The notes under the pieces were generated by a model. That model ran no database searches and was not told where the DNA came from. It worked only from the letters and a program-made list of their open reading frames with translations. Shown here piece by piece: positions 1-13,359 of a stretch of DNA of 64,000 bases (its first letter is position 1; every line of letters starts with the position of its first letter). The stretch lies in assembly GCF_009914755.1 (NCBI RefSeq), contig NC_060947.1. One strand, written 5' to 3'. The stretch comes from the human T2T-CHM13v2.0 reference genome, Homo sapiens. The translations under genes and the position numbers were made by a program.

Positions 1-168
<168 letters not shown>

Positions 169-320
169 TTACTGAGCAATGAAGGCTGTGATTGTCTCTC
201 AGGCATGTGAGTTTCTGGATGTAGTAGCATTCAGCTCTGTCAGGGGCCCTTTTACCCATTTTCATTTCCATTCCCCCTTCACCCCTCCTCCTGAACATTC
301 ATTTTAGGGAATGTTATTCT

Positions 321-340
321 ACACACACACACACACACAC
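321..340. repeat. (CA)n microsatellite
   Basis: Ten AC units read directly. Confidence 0.9.
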
Positions 341-1909
341 GAGTTTAAGGAAATGAAACCACATTGACACTTCTCCTGCACTGGTAAAATACATGTGATT
401 TCTTTTTCCTTCCACAATTTAGTGTCGTTTTTGCTTCCTTGCCTCCAGATGCCATATATAAAAACTCCAAGAGCAACTGCATTCCCCATTTCCAAGAAAA
501 AAAATGCTTTAAGCTAGTACCAGTTCAAAGGCCCTCTTGTCTCACAAGCAAAACTAGGTATCTCTTCATTATGGGAAAAAAAGAAATCCACTTGAATCAA
601 CTTCAGAGTGCTAATTCAGGAGCGCATTTCTACTTCTACCTTGAGTCTAATGAAGATATTAAGATTTGCCAATTAAAATAAATACATTCAGCTAGCTATG
701 CTTAAAGAAATCCTCAACTGGGTGCCCAAGTAAGGAGTATTTTTTAGGTCACTTCTTTCAAAACTACATCCATTGGAAACTCAGAGATGTGTATATTTTA
801 TTTTGCCACATATAAAAATGCTCCACTTGCTGAGAAACTTGAAAAAGCATGGGCAATTTTAGGAGTAAAATTCTGTGTAGCTTAAAATTCTCCATGAGTT
901 CAGTCTACTACACGGATGTCCAGAAGTATAAAATCTGTATTTTTAACTACGATAGGACAAGAGAGGTGCGCTGTAAAAATCAGCATTCCATTTACACTTG
1001 CTTCCTGCCATTTCCGTGAATCCCAGCCCGAGTCGGGCACTAAAGAATAAGGCATTCAGTTGTGAGTCCAGAAGTTCATGCCCTGTCGATTTTTAAGGTC
1101 ACAGAAGCAATCAAATATGAGGAAAATATAACTGTCATCAGGAAGACGTGATTTTAAAGACTGGAGGATTGCCCAAAGATGACACACAGGACCGCAACTT
1201 GAAACCAATATGGCTTTGACCAGTATGTCATCAAAGCCATCCTGGGAACGTTTCTGTCAGAAATGTGCAAGTATTGACTTGAGTGCTTGGCTCTGAAGAT
1301 TATTTTAAAATGTCCAAAAAAAAAAAAACCAAAAGAGAAAGTCAATATGTATTCTATTGGATACTTTCATTAGTTAAAACATTCAGAATTGGAAAAAATG
1401 CTGTGAGAAGTTCCTTTCCCGCCCTTCTCATAAGTACTGGCAATAATTTAGGCAGTAGTGTATATAAAGTAACATACATAAAACATTTATTTGTATGTTA
1501 GGGAAGTAACAGAACTCCTGATAAGACTAAAATAGTTGGATAATGAAAAAAATCACCCAGAATTCATACTTTAAACACAACTCACCTTAGCGTAATGAGT
1601 ATGCTAGGAGTTCACATAATTCTTAGCTCTTTCCCTCCATTCAAATGTCTGTTTTGCATAGCTGAGCCCAATATTTATATAGCTGTCTAAACTGTTTTTC
1701 CAGCTGATGTATATCTTAGGTAAATTCTTAAATTATTATTGAGTAAATACATATGGTTCATTATAATTTTCCTCTCCTTTTGATCTTGTAGCTTTTCATT
1801 TCATTCTTTGCTACGATACTAATACTGTGGTGAACATCTTCATAAAACTATCACTTTCCACGTGTACTTTGTCTTCATTAGACCATATAACCAGGCAAGG
1901 AATTCCTAA

Positions 1910-2203
<294 letters not shown>

Positions 2204-2736
2204 TTGTATTTTTCATAATTCGTGATTATATTGATGGGCTGTTTAGAAGCATGCCTTGCAGAAATGACCGATGCAAAAGTATAATAATTTCCAACCTATT
2301 GACTTAAATAATTAACACCTCCCTCCAATTAATGTGGCTTACATGTGTTTGATTACTCCTGAAGTTGGTTCTGACTGCTTTCTAAATCTACAATTGTGAT
2401 TATATCAATTGAGAAAAGTGAAAATCGAGGTATTTTCAAAAATGCCATAGAAATCTCTCTACCAAATGGTTCATCAGATTCTTCACTTATCGTGTTTTTG
2501 AAATAAAGTTAATACAAATATGAGCCTTTCCTCTCATTAGCACTAGTAAGAAATCAAAGGCCATTTGGTCTCATGGGCAAAACATTATGAACTAAAAACT
2601 CAAGGAATTCAGAGTTTGGAGGATTTCAGGAAACCCTCATCTGTCCTATCTTGCCAATGAAGACACTGAGGAGCACAGCGATCCAGAAACTTGTCCAGAC
2701 GGTGCCGAAGTGAAGAAAGTCCTGCAGTTACTCTAA

Positions 2737-3056
<320 letters not shown>

Positions 3057-3077
3057 TGATAACTTTAAAAATAATCA

Positions 3078-3336
3078 TTCGGGAGGTCGAGGTGGGTGGG
3101 CCACTTGAGGTCAGGAAGTTCGAGACTAGCCTGGCCAACACGGTGAAAGCCCATCTCTACTAAAAATACAAAAATTAGCCGGGCACAGTGGTGGGCGCCT
3201 GTAATCCCAGCAACTCGGGAGGCTGAGGCAGGAGAATCGCTTTGAATCCAGAAGGTGGATGTTGCGGTAAGCCAAGATTGTGCCACTGCACTCCTGCCTG
3301 GGAGACAGAGTGAGACTCCCTGAAAAAAAAAAAAAA
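3078..3336 (+). mobile_element. Alu (AluS-like), 5' truncated
   Basis: gggaggtcgagg...tactaaaaatacaaaaattagccggg...gagactcc followed by poly(A). Confidence 0.92.
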
Positions 3337-4107
3337 TTCCATGAAGGTTTTGAGAACTTCAGGTTCAGTCAGTGTGGTGCCATTCTGAAGACCACTGACA
3401 ACACAGAACAAATTACAAAGCTGTCTTGATGACTGAGACGGCTATTAGGAATATTCACTTGCGTGTGGCCAGGCAACCCAGGGCTGGATCTGCACTGCAG
3501 ATTTTCCTGCCTCTTCCTTTTAGGCCACAGCCAGGAATTTGTGATCCTGCTTCCAGAACCAATTGCCTCAAATTCCTGTGGACTCCTCTTTGAAGTCTCT
3601 CATCGGATACTGCAGGGAGCCTCCTTCACAAAGGGACAGCTGGGAATCCACTGAGTGAGCCTCCGGGGAAAGCCTCAGGCACTCCAGCAGGGCTCAGGGG
3701 TGTGGCTGCCTATGCTGACCATTACTTAGGCAGCATAACCATCTACTGCTTAGGCGTCCAAGTGCACATCTGGTTGGGTACGGGTGCCTATGCTGACTAC
3801 ACGTTCAAGTGCACATCTGGTTGAGGTAACATGATGCACATGTGTTTTTGTGGTTTCCTCTTTCTCCACTTTGCCAACATCAGCTTTTTCCAGGTTAATA
3901 GCAGGGCCCCAGGGAGGGTTTGGAGCTCCCACGGGGACAAGCAGAGGACCTCGTGCTGACTGGCCCAGCAAGGAGGTCCTTCGTGAAAGTCATATTTGCA
4001 GGAGAGAGAGAGAGGAAGGGAGAGGGGAAAGCAAACTCTGGACACTCCCTAGTGCTGCATGCTGACCTGACCAGGAAGGAGGTCCTTTGGTGAAAGTCAT
4101 ATTTGCA

Positions 4108-4492
4108 GGAGAAGAAGAAAGGGAGGGAGAGAGAGAGAAAGAAACAAAGAGAGAGAGGGACAGAGGGAAAGGGGGGAAAGAGAGAGAGGAAAGGAGATAG
4201 TGAGTAAGAGAGTGGGGAGACAGAGAAAAGGAGAGAGAGGAAGAGAGAGAGAGGGAGAAAGACAGGGAGAGTGGGGGGACAGTGTGAGGGGGAGAGAGAG
4301 AGGGAGGGAGGAGAGACAGTGGAAGGAGGGGGAGAGAGAGGGTGAGAGACAGAGCAAAAGAGAGAGAGGGAGCAGGAGAGAGGTAGAGGGAGGAGGACAT
4401 AGAGAGGGAGAGAGACAGAGAGGACGAGAGAGGGAAAGAGAAGAGTGGGAGGGGAAGAGCAAGGGAGGGAGGGAGACCATCAGGGAGAGAGA
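4108..4492. repeat. GA-rich polypurine low-complexity tract
   Basis: Nearly pure A/G on the + strand (GAGA, GGGA, GACA units); explains the Ser/Leu/Pro and Arg/Glu ORFs. Confidence 0.92.
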
Positions 4493-4870
4493 CACTATTC
4501 CTCTGGGTAGAATCTACTTCTACCCAGAATCTACTTCTAAATGAATGCACCAGACGTGTTTCAATATTTCCAGAAGATTTAAAGAATTAATATGAATTAG
4601 AGAGAGGAGCGACTTCTTAAAAAACATGTGGCTAAAAGCCCTGATGGTTACAAAATCTATACACCCGCATCCCTTATCGACATACTGTCTCTCTTCCATA
4701 CTACTTTTACTAAGTTGTAGCTAGAAGTTAATAAAATTTCAAATAGTCAAATACAGTCAGAATGGCAAAAAAAAACAAAAGTGTCAGGACTTCTAAAGTA
4801 GTTATTTTGTTCCAATCATTGTAACCAACACCTAATTGTCACACATTTAAATTAGGAGAAAAATATTACT

Positions 4871-5135
4871 GATCAAGCATGGTGGCTCACATCTGTCATC
4901 CCAGCACTTTGAGAGGCCAAGGCAGGAGGATCGCTTGAGTCCTGGAGTTTGAGACCAGCCCAGGCAAACATAGCAAGACCACTTCTCTATAAAAAATTTT
5001 AAAAAGCAGCCAGTAGTCCCAGGTATTCAGGAGACTGAGATGGGAGAAGCCTTAAGCCCAGGAGTTGGAAGCTACAATGAGCTATGATCATACCACTGCA
5101 CTCCAGCCTGGGTGACAGAGCAAATGGAACAAAAG
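4871..5135 (+). mobile_element. Alu (AluJ-like, internally deleted)
   Basis: ggtggctcac...cccagcactttg...gagtttgagaccagcc...ccactgcactccagcctgggtgacagagc. Confidence 0.88.
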
Positions 5136-5259
5136 CTGAGTTAAAAGACATGAAGATGGATTCATTTGATCTTTTGGGCATTTTCTGTTGCCAGAGTGAC
5201 TTCTGGTAACCAGGACATGCATCTGAGATATGAACTCTGACCATTCATTTCTTGGTTCA

Positions 5260-5598
<339 letters not shown>

Positions 5599-7978
5599 TC
5601 ACCCCCACCAATTAGAGGAAGAACAGGAGAAAAAATTTTGTGGCAGAAATAATTATATAAATAATGGTTATTTTAGGTTGATGTTATGATACCATGGCAT
5701 CTTTGTGTATATATGTGGCTAATAGAGAAGGCAAAATGAATCTAAAATATTAATAACATGAAGCAATCCCAGAAGACGTCGTAAATTTTACTAGGTTCAA
5801 GGTATCATTTCTGTGCACATTTTCATTTTCTTTTTTGAAAAATGCAACAGACTCCTACAAGAAATTTTTCAGGGAAAACAGTACGTGTGTGGGGGGGGGA
5901 GGGGGCGTAAGTGCACATGTGTGTCTGTGTCTAAGAATATGTGCATGTATACAAAGGCAGTGTGCGCCTGTCTTTCTCACTGAATTAGTTATTAACATTT
6001 TGTTTTAACTCCTTTCAATGCTTAAGAAACAACGTAAGTTACAGACTCCACTAGATCCGACTCGTAAATAGTATACACCTCTATTTTCCTACATAGCGAA
6101 AATATTAGTCACATACAAAAAAATGTAATTATTGAACCTCACCCAAAAGCTAATGAATATTCACATCTCCCCAACTGTTCCCAAAATATCAGGAACTGGC
6201 CTTCCTTATTTTAAAAAGAAGGATTCTGTGAGTTGAGGATCTAGATTTTACTCAAGGCATACGATTCTTAATTTCTCCTTAGTAGTTGAAAAATGGCAAT
6301 TTTGGTATTAATGATAGCAAAGTTATGAGTTAATCTATTTTATTTTTTGTTCCTTCTGTATTGAAAAATAGCTTGACCTGGAAAAACTGCTTTCTTCTGA
6401 TGTTTTGAAGTCAAGTTTGGGAAGACATACACTCTCCTACTCAGATTCAAAACTAGGAATATTTTCTAAGGCCTCCTGCAAGTTTAGTTCATTGCATAAA
6501 CTTTAATCCAACTTTATGTCCAAATCTGTACTGGATATGCCTTCCAAAAAGACAAAGAATTTTTAAAAGTTTTTTTTTTTAACCATTTTCACGTCCTTAT
6601 TTGAGCCTTCCCCAACTACCCAACTATGATATTTGCCCCTTCTATACAATTTCTTTTTTCCAAGAGCCATGTCATTCACTCATTTCAAGGGATGCTCAGC
6701 ACATTATTATGGCCACCTGCAGTCATGTTTGTATGAAGACAGGCTGCTTTAAGCCCTAAAATAACATCAAACCAATTCCCTCAAAGCACGTCCCTAACCA
6801 AAGTTGACGGCATTCCAAGGAGTGACTGAGTGCCGGCTTCTACTTTTAAAACAAAAAGAGTAGAGGATGAGGCTGCATACCAATTGAGTCAACCAGCATT
6901 TCTTCCATGAGCTTTCCTGAGCACCTGTGGAAAAATGCTCTGAGCTGGAAAGGAGGAAATGGCCTGGCTCCAAAGAAAGTCACAGGACGATTTTCGTTCA
7001 ACAATGACAATAAAAACTCCAAGCCTGAATCGGGAGTCACTATCTCCTGCAGCTTCAAAGAGAGGCAGCGTCGCAACTGCGAGGTTGGATACTTAAGACA
7101 CATCCTACCAATGTGATCTTCTTTAAAGTTCAGAGGGATGTGACGGGAGATTAGCTACGATTAGTGGGTGCGATCAGACATTACCCAAGCCTCCTCCCCC
7201 ATTTAATTAGCAATTACTAATTAGTGCTTCATGCCAAAAATGTTCTGCAACACCTGTCTCCATCACTATATCTTTGACACGATCGTTCATAAAAGGCATC
7301 AGGCTTTGCTTGGGAGAAAAGATCGAAGATCCTTATATGACAATGACGAATCATGTCAGTTTAGGTGCCCTATAATACCACAGGGCAATGCTTTCTTCCC
7401 CTATTAAAGAAAGAGGTGATTAATTCCTAAGGCACGAGCAATTTTCTAACAGAACGATTCTGTCTTCAGCACGTCTTTTCTTCACTCACTGTTCTCTCTT
7501 TCTCAATTCTGCAGAATGACTTGTTGACTTATTTTGTTTCTGTGGAGGAGTATGAAGATTTTCAACACGCAGGAAATCATTGGCCTTTCTTCCACCATAA
7601 ACTCTTCCTCCCTAGCAAAATCAGAGTGTTTTAACCTTTCCAAAAGCAGGCTAATGAATATCCCCTGCCTTCAAAAATCTTAGTTCTTCTAACAGCATCC
7701 TATTGGATGGTTTGATCTTTGAGGTTCTGAAATTCTTCCAAATATCCTACAGGCTGGCTGAGGGAAACGACAATCCATGGATCTCTGAAGTTTAACAAAT
7801 CAATGTGGTGTTTTGAGGCTGGTGTTTCCACAGTTTCTGCCATGGCATTTTCATTTATTGCAACATCCAGGGATTATTATTTTTTTCTTTTTAAACTATC
7901 AACAAGGGGGAGTGCCTGTTTCAGGTACACAATGAATGCAATAATTTTATGCTCTTTAAGAGTATAGTCCTTTCACCT

Positions 7979-8809
7979 TGAAACCACCTTTGCAAAACTT
8001 ACAATAGTCAGACAATTATGACAGTGAAAGAGATCTGACCTAACCAACTCCATCTTGCCTTTAACCTCCATACTGTTCTTGATCATTCCTGGGCACGGGC
8101 CAAGCTAACTTTGGGAGAAATTGAACTTGTAGTTTAAATGATAATAGCCCCTCTTAAAACTAAACCACCTTTGTAAAAGTAATGAAAGGCCACCAGGTTA
8201 AAGAATGAGAGAGGCCTGAATTCTGCTAAGATGTAAGCTTAGTTGAATGATTACCAGCCATTATTCCAGAGGTCACAAGATTTGCAACTTCCCCAATCAC
8301 TAGAAGCTAAAATTTGCCTTTTTAAAACTTTTATTTTAGGTTCAGGGGTATACCTGTAGGTTTATTATGTAGGTGAACTGCATGTCACAGGGGTTTGATG
8401 TACAGGTTATCTCATTACCCAGGTAATAAGCATAGTACAGATTGGCCTTTTAAGATGTCTTTTCAGGCTTTTGCATTTCTGACAACTGATTGGTCCTACT
8501 AGGACCAGTGACTCCTCTGTGTCCCCACATAGAGGCCGACTGGGTGCACCAGGGCTGTTTTCCACACCCCTATCATTGCATCCTCAACCAATCAGCAGCA
8601 CTCATTCCCTAGCCCCTGTCTGCCAAAGTATTCTGGAAAAACCCAAGCCTCCAAATTTTTGGGAAGGCTGATTTGAGTAACAATAAAACTCCAGTCTCCC
8701 ATTTAGCCAGCTCTGCAGGAATTAAACCCTTTATCTATTGCAATTCTTCTGTCTTGACTAATCAGCTCTATCTGTGTAGTGGTAAAGATGAATCTGTTGG
8801 GAGGTTACA
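7979..8809 (+). mobile_element. Solo ERV1 LTR, LTR8 family, interrupted by an L1 fragment
   Basis: Begins TGAAACCACCTTTGCAAAA...gacagtgaaagagatctgacctaaccaactccatcttg and ends ...gggaggttaCA, resembling the recalled LTR8 consensus termini. Confidence 0.8.
8321..8438 (-). mobile_element. Short L1PA 3'-end insertion inside LTR8
   Basis: aacttttattttaggttcaggggta...acccaggtaataagcatagtac, flanked by the diverged duplication aaatttgcctttt / agattggcctttt. Confidence 0.8.
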
Positions 8810-9067
8810 TTGTTTTGAGGGCCAAATCATGTTTTCTATAAATCAGACTTAAAAAGCATGTGGGCTTACTGATACAGAATTCTATGAGCCCAGAAAGTTA
8901 GCATTTGAAAATAAAAAGACCTGTTTTCCCAAGTCGCCTGATCTGTGAAAATTAGATCTCACTATCAATCTGTCTTCTTCTTTATTCATCAGCACCTGGC
9001 CAGGTTTTCCTGTGAATAAGACTGGAGGCAAGGAACAGGCAGCACACTACAGCTCTGTGATGTGATG

Positions 9068-9340
9068 GAGCAGGGAGAGGGAAGGAGGGAAGGAGGGAGG
9101 GAGGGAGAGCAGGAGGGAGGAAGGAAGGAAGGAAGGAAGGCAGGAGGGAGGGAGGGAAGGAGGGAGGGAGGGAAGGAGGGAGGGAGGGAAGGAGGGAGGG
9201 AGGGAGAGCAGGAGGAAGGAAGGAATGAAGGTAGGAGGGAGGGAGGGAAGGAAGGAAGGAAGGTGGGAGGGAGGGAGGGAAGGAAGGAAGGAAGGAAGAA
9301 AGGAAGGAAGGAAGGAGGGAAGGAAAGAAGGAAGGCAGGC
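9068..9340. repeat. (GGAA)n/(GGGA)n compound purine repeat
   Basis: Read directly; source of the PSLP/EGGR ORFs. Confidence 0.93.
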
Positions 9341-9967
9341 ATTTTCCTGGCAAAGCTATCTTCTTAAGTGTAAATAAAGAGTGATCTTAAAAAATTCTAA
9401 TGGTGTGATTTTTTGCAAGCTTTTTGACACCAGGAATCCTGGTATTTATTGTAGCAAATTAAAATTAATATTTTTAGGAATCCTGCAAACCTAAACCACT
9501 GGGTTTTGCCTCCTGATTGTAGAAAGCAAAATGATGGTAGCTCATCAACTTGGAAAGAGCCACACATGATACCAAAGATGAGTGCTGCTCCTGAGAAGTC
9601 ATTCCTCGGATAGATCACTTAACTTTAAATATATGTTCAAGGTGAATGAAGAGAACAAGCTACTTGATTGTCTAAAACCAGAGATTTACAACAAATGGCT
9701 CCTTTAACTGACAGGTCCTTTAGGCTACAAACTCTCTAAGCATTTTAGCCGATGAAATTTTGGTTTCTGAGCTTTACTCTCCCTAATATGAAGCTTGTAA
9801 TCAGCAACCTCTCCTCCAATAATTGAACAACGAAAGAAAGATGCAAAAGAGACCATGTGAATGAATCCATGTTAATGGCTACATTGATGCCAAGTTTCAT
9901 CCAGGGTCCTGGAAGGAACAACAATAACAAATATACACACACAAGAGATATCAATAGATACGTTCAG

Positions 9968-10331
9968 TGATCTGGTTTGGCTGTCTCCTCACCCAAATCT
10001 CATCTTGAACTGTAGCTCCCATAATCCCCATGTGTCATGGGAGGGACCCAGTAGGAGGTAACTGAATCATGGGGGTGGGTTTTTGTCATGCTGTTCTCAT
10101 GATAGTGAATAAGTGTCATGAAATCTGATGGTTTTATAAATGGCAGTTCCCCTGGACACATTCTCTTGCCTGCCACCATGTAAGATGTGACTTTGCTTCT
10201 CCTTTGTCTTCTGCCATGATCGTGAGGCCTCCCCAGCCATGTGGAACTGTGAGTCCATTAAACTTCTTTTCTTTATACATTACCCAGTCTCAGGTATGTC
10301 TTTATTAGCAGCATGAGAACAGACTAGTACA
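9968..10331 (+). mobile_element. THE1 (MaLR) solo LTR
   Basis: TGAtctggtttggctgt...cccaaatctcatcttgaa...gaggcctccccagccatgtggaactgtgagtc...agactagtACA; flanks ttcag/tttag (4/5 TSD). Confidence 0.9.
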
Positions 10332-11769
10332 TTTAGTTAGTATGGTTATTTAGAAACAGGTTTCATGGAAAAGATGACTAAAAATAGGAATCACAGTTTT
10401 TCCTGCTGCATGTTGACTGAAGTGAATATCATATAAACATGAATATTTCTATTCAGGCTTAATATTGTTGTCACAACAGAAAAGTTTCCAATTTTTATTA
10501 TAGATAATAATGTAGATGTTTCCTCTCATTTTGAATTACATCACAGGGCTTAGGAGAATGACTGCAGGTCTTTTGTTTCTCCATGCACTGCAAGTAAATG
10601 GTAAGGAACCCAATGGGGTCAGATATTGTTTTTCTTTCAGTTAACAAAAGACATTGTTACATGACGTTAAAGCTGCAATCCATTTTCTTTTAGGAGATCA
10701 TTCCTTGCATAAACACAGTAGGCATTTTTTGGAGACAAGTAACCAGGAGATAATTAAGTGAATACAGAAGTTAAATATCTTTCACCATTTCAGTGTGTGT
10801 AATTCACCTGATATGTGTGTATGTATATATATATAATATATGTATGTATATATATATATATGCATATATAACCATATATATGCATGTGTGACTATAAATG
10901 TATATGTACACAGACATACATTTGTGCACCTTTAAACTAAAGAAGTGACACCAAACAGAAAATGTTTAAATAAAAATTCTTCAGTGAGAATAAACAGAAT
11001 TTGTGTTAGATCATGCAAATGAGGTCAAAAAGAAATCTGTTTGGTTAGAATGAAAGCAGAAGCATAAAAAACAAAAATCAGTCAAACAGATGCAAAACTA
11101 ATCTTTGACGGTTATAGGAAATCATTCATGAAATGCATTTATTACAAGGTGAACCTTTAACTTTCTGACTGAAAACATGTAGGATTTAACACAGAAGCAC
11201 ACATTGCACAGGATGGGCTGGAAGGGAGGGAAGCTGATGCACTGCATTCAAATTCTGTTGCCTGATAGGCAGGGCTGCTTGAAATTCAGTGCCTTTTATT
11301 TTTAGTTTTTACTTAAAAATGGAATGAGTACTAGCAGACCATTCTCCATTTGTATCATGTTATCACAGCAGTATTGCACAGAACCAAAGTCTATTTCCAA
11401 TATCAGTAGAGAAAATCTAAAACAATTATAAGAGACAAATGATTTTTATACCACAGGTTTCCAAACTCTGGGGCCTATGAACTACTACTGAGATTCCTTG
11501 CAGTATTTTCATAAAAGATAATATCTCCACACATTTATCTAGAATTAAGCTGCATAGGTATTTTTTAAGTGCTTTAGTTTAAATTACATGAAATAAAAAA
11601 AAACTGAAATTGATCATATTTTAGGAACAAAATATAAAATAATAAATACAGCTTGTTTATTAAATAATAAAACATCAAAATCTGAAGATAATTGATACAT
11701 GAGTTTCATGCAAATGAAAATTTGGGAATAGCCAGCCTGGAAACAAATCTCTTTGAGTCAACTTTGAGT

Positions 11770-12066
<297 letters not shown>

Positions 12067-12646
12067 AACTTTGAGTATTTTCAACTGAACACTTTCTCCT
12101 TAGATATTTCTCCAGATTTGCTGCTGACTCTCATTCAATTGGCTGTCACATCCTTTGGTTTTAGTTTTCAAAGAGCTTGTACATCTTGTCCCTCCCTGGG
12201 TCTGCATCCTAGTGTCTGAGATGAGAACTACAGTTCCCCAGGACCTGCTCATTTGGGTGCTACGTCCTTTTAGCTTCCTCTGAATTTCCACACCATCAAC
12301 ATCATCATGATGGTCTCCAGTGTAAGAGAATGGGTAAAACCCAGGAAAATGAAAATTGGAAACTTCTGACCCAGGAGTCCTAATTCTTTGAATGCTTTCT
12401 ATGAAAATCTTTATTCTGATGCATAAAAATAGCCACCCAAGGCTCCACAATTCACACGGATTGTAATTTTAAAAACAAACAATAGCAGCAAGCTGAATGT
12501 TCACAAGTCAGAGATTTGAATGGATTGTCTTGGTTGGATCCATATTATGAGATGCTGTTTGTCTGCATAAAGTGCTAAGGAGTATTTACACTCATGGACA
12601 CAGAAACACATCTAAGGTATCTCAAGAAAAAATAGTGGGCTACTGA

Positions 12647-12974
<328 letters not shown>

Positions 12975-13340
12975 CATTTGTTTTATTAAAAAATAAAATC
13001 TGGAAGGAATTCAAACAGTGGAGGGTGATTATTTCGAAGCATGTGACTATAGGGAATATTCACGTTTTATTGCTAATATCTGTTTATATTTAGTTCATAA
13101 TTTAAATCTCCCTTTTTAGCAACAACAATCACACCCACACAATAAAGTGAATGTGTTGGAGAAACAAATTCATTACTGGGAATCCAAGGGTCATTCTGTG
13201 TGGGCCCATGTGACCTTCTCAAGGGATGCCCTACTTATGTTCTGGAGCCTGCAAATCCACCACAACACTTGCTAGCTATTTCCAGAATATGCCTTGCATT
13301 TTGATATGCTTGCCTTTTTATATAAAATCCCCAAGATCTA

Positions 13341-13359
13341 GGGCGCCCTCTGCAGGGCT
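13341..13359 (-). promoter_or_regulatory. Candidate CTCF binding motif
   Basis: Minus strand AGCCCTGCAGAGGGCGCCC versus core CCASYAGRKGGCRS; the motif CpG is retained in otherwise CpG-poor unique DNA. Confidence 0.55.

Noticed and set aside
3990-4550. 186-, 132- and 114-aa Ser/Leu/Pro- or Arg/Glu-rich ORFs
   Set aside because: Translations of the GA-rich tract, which lacks stop codons by composition.
8982-9367. Three overlapping ORFs over 100 aa
   Set aside because: Translations of the GGAA/GGGA repeat.
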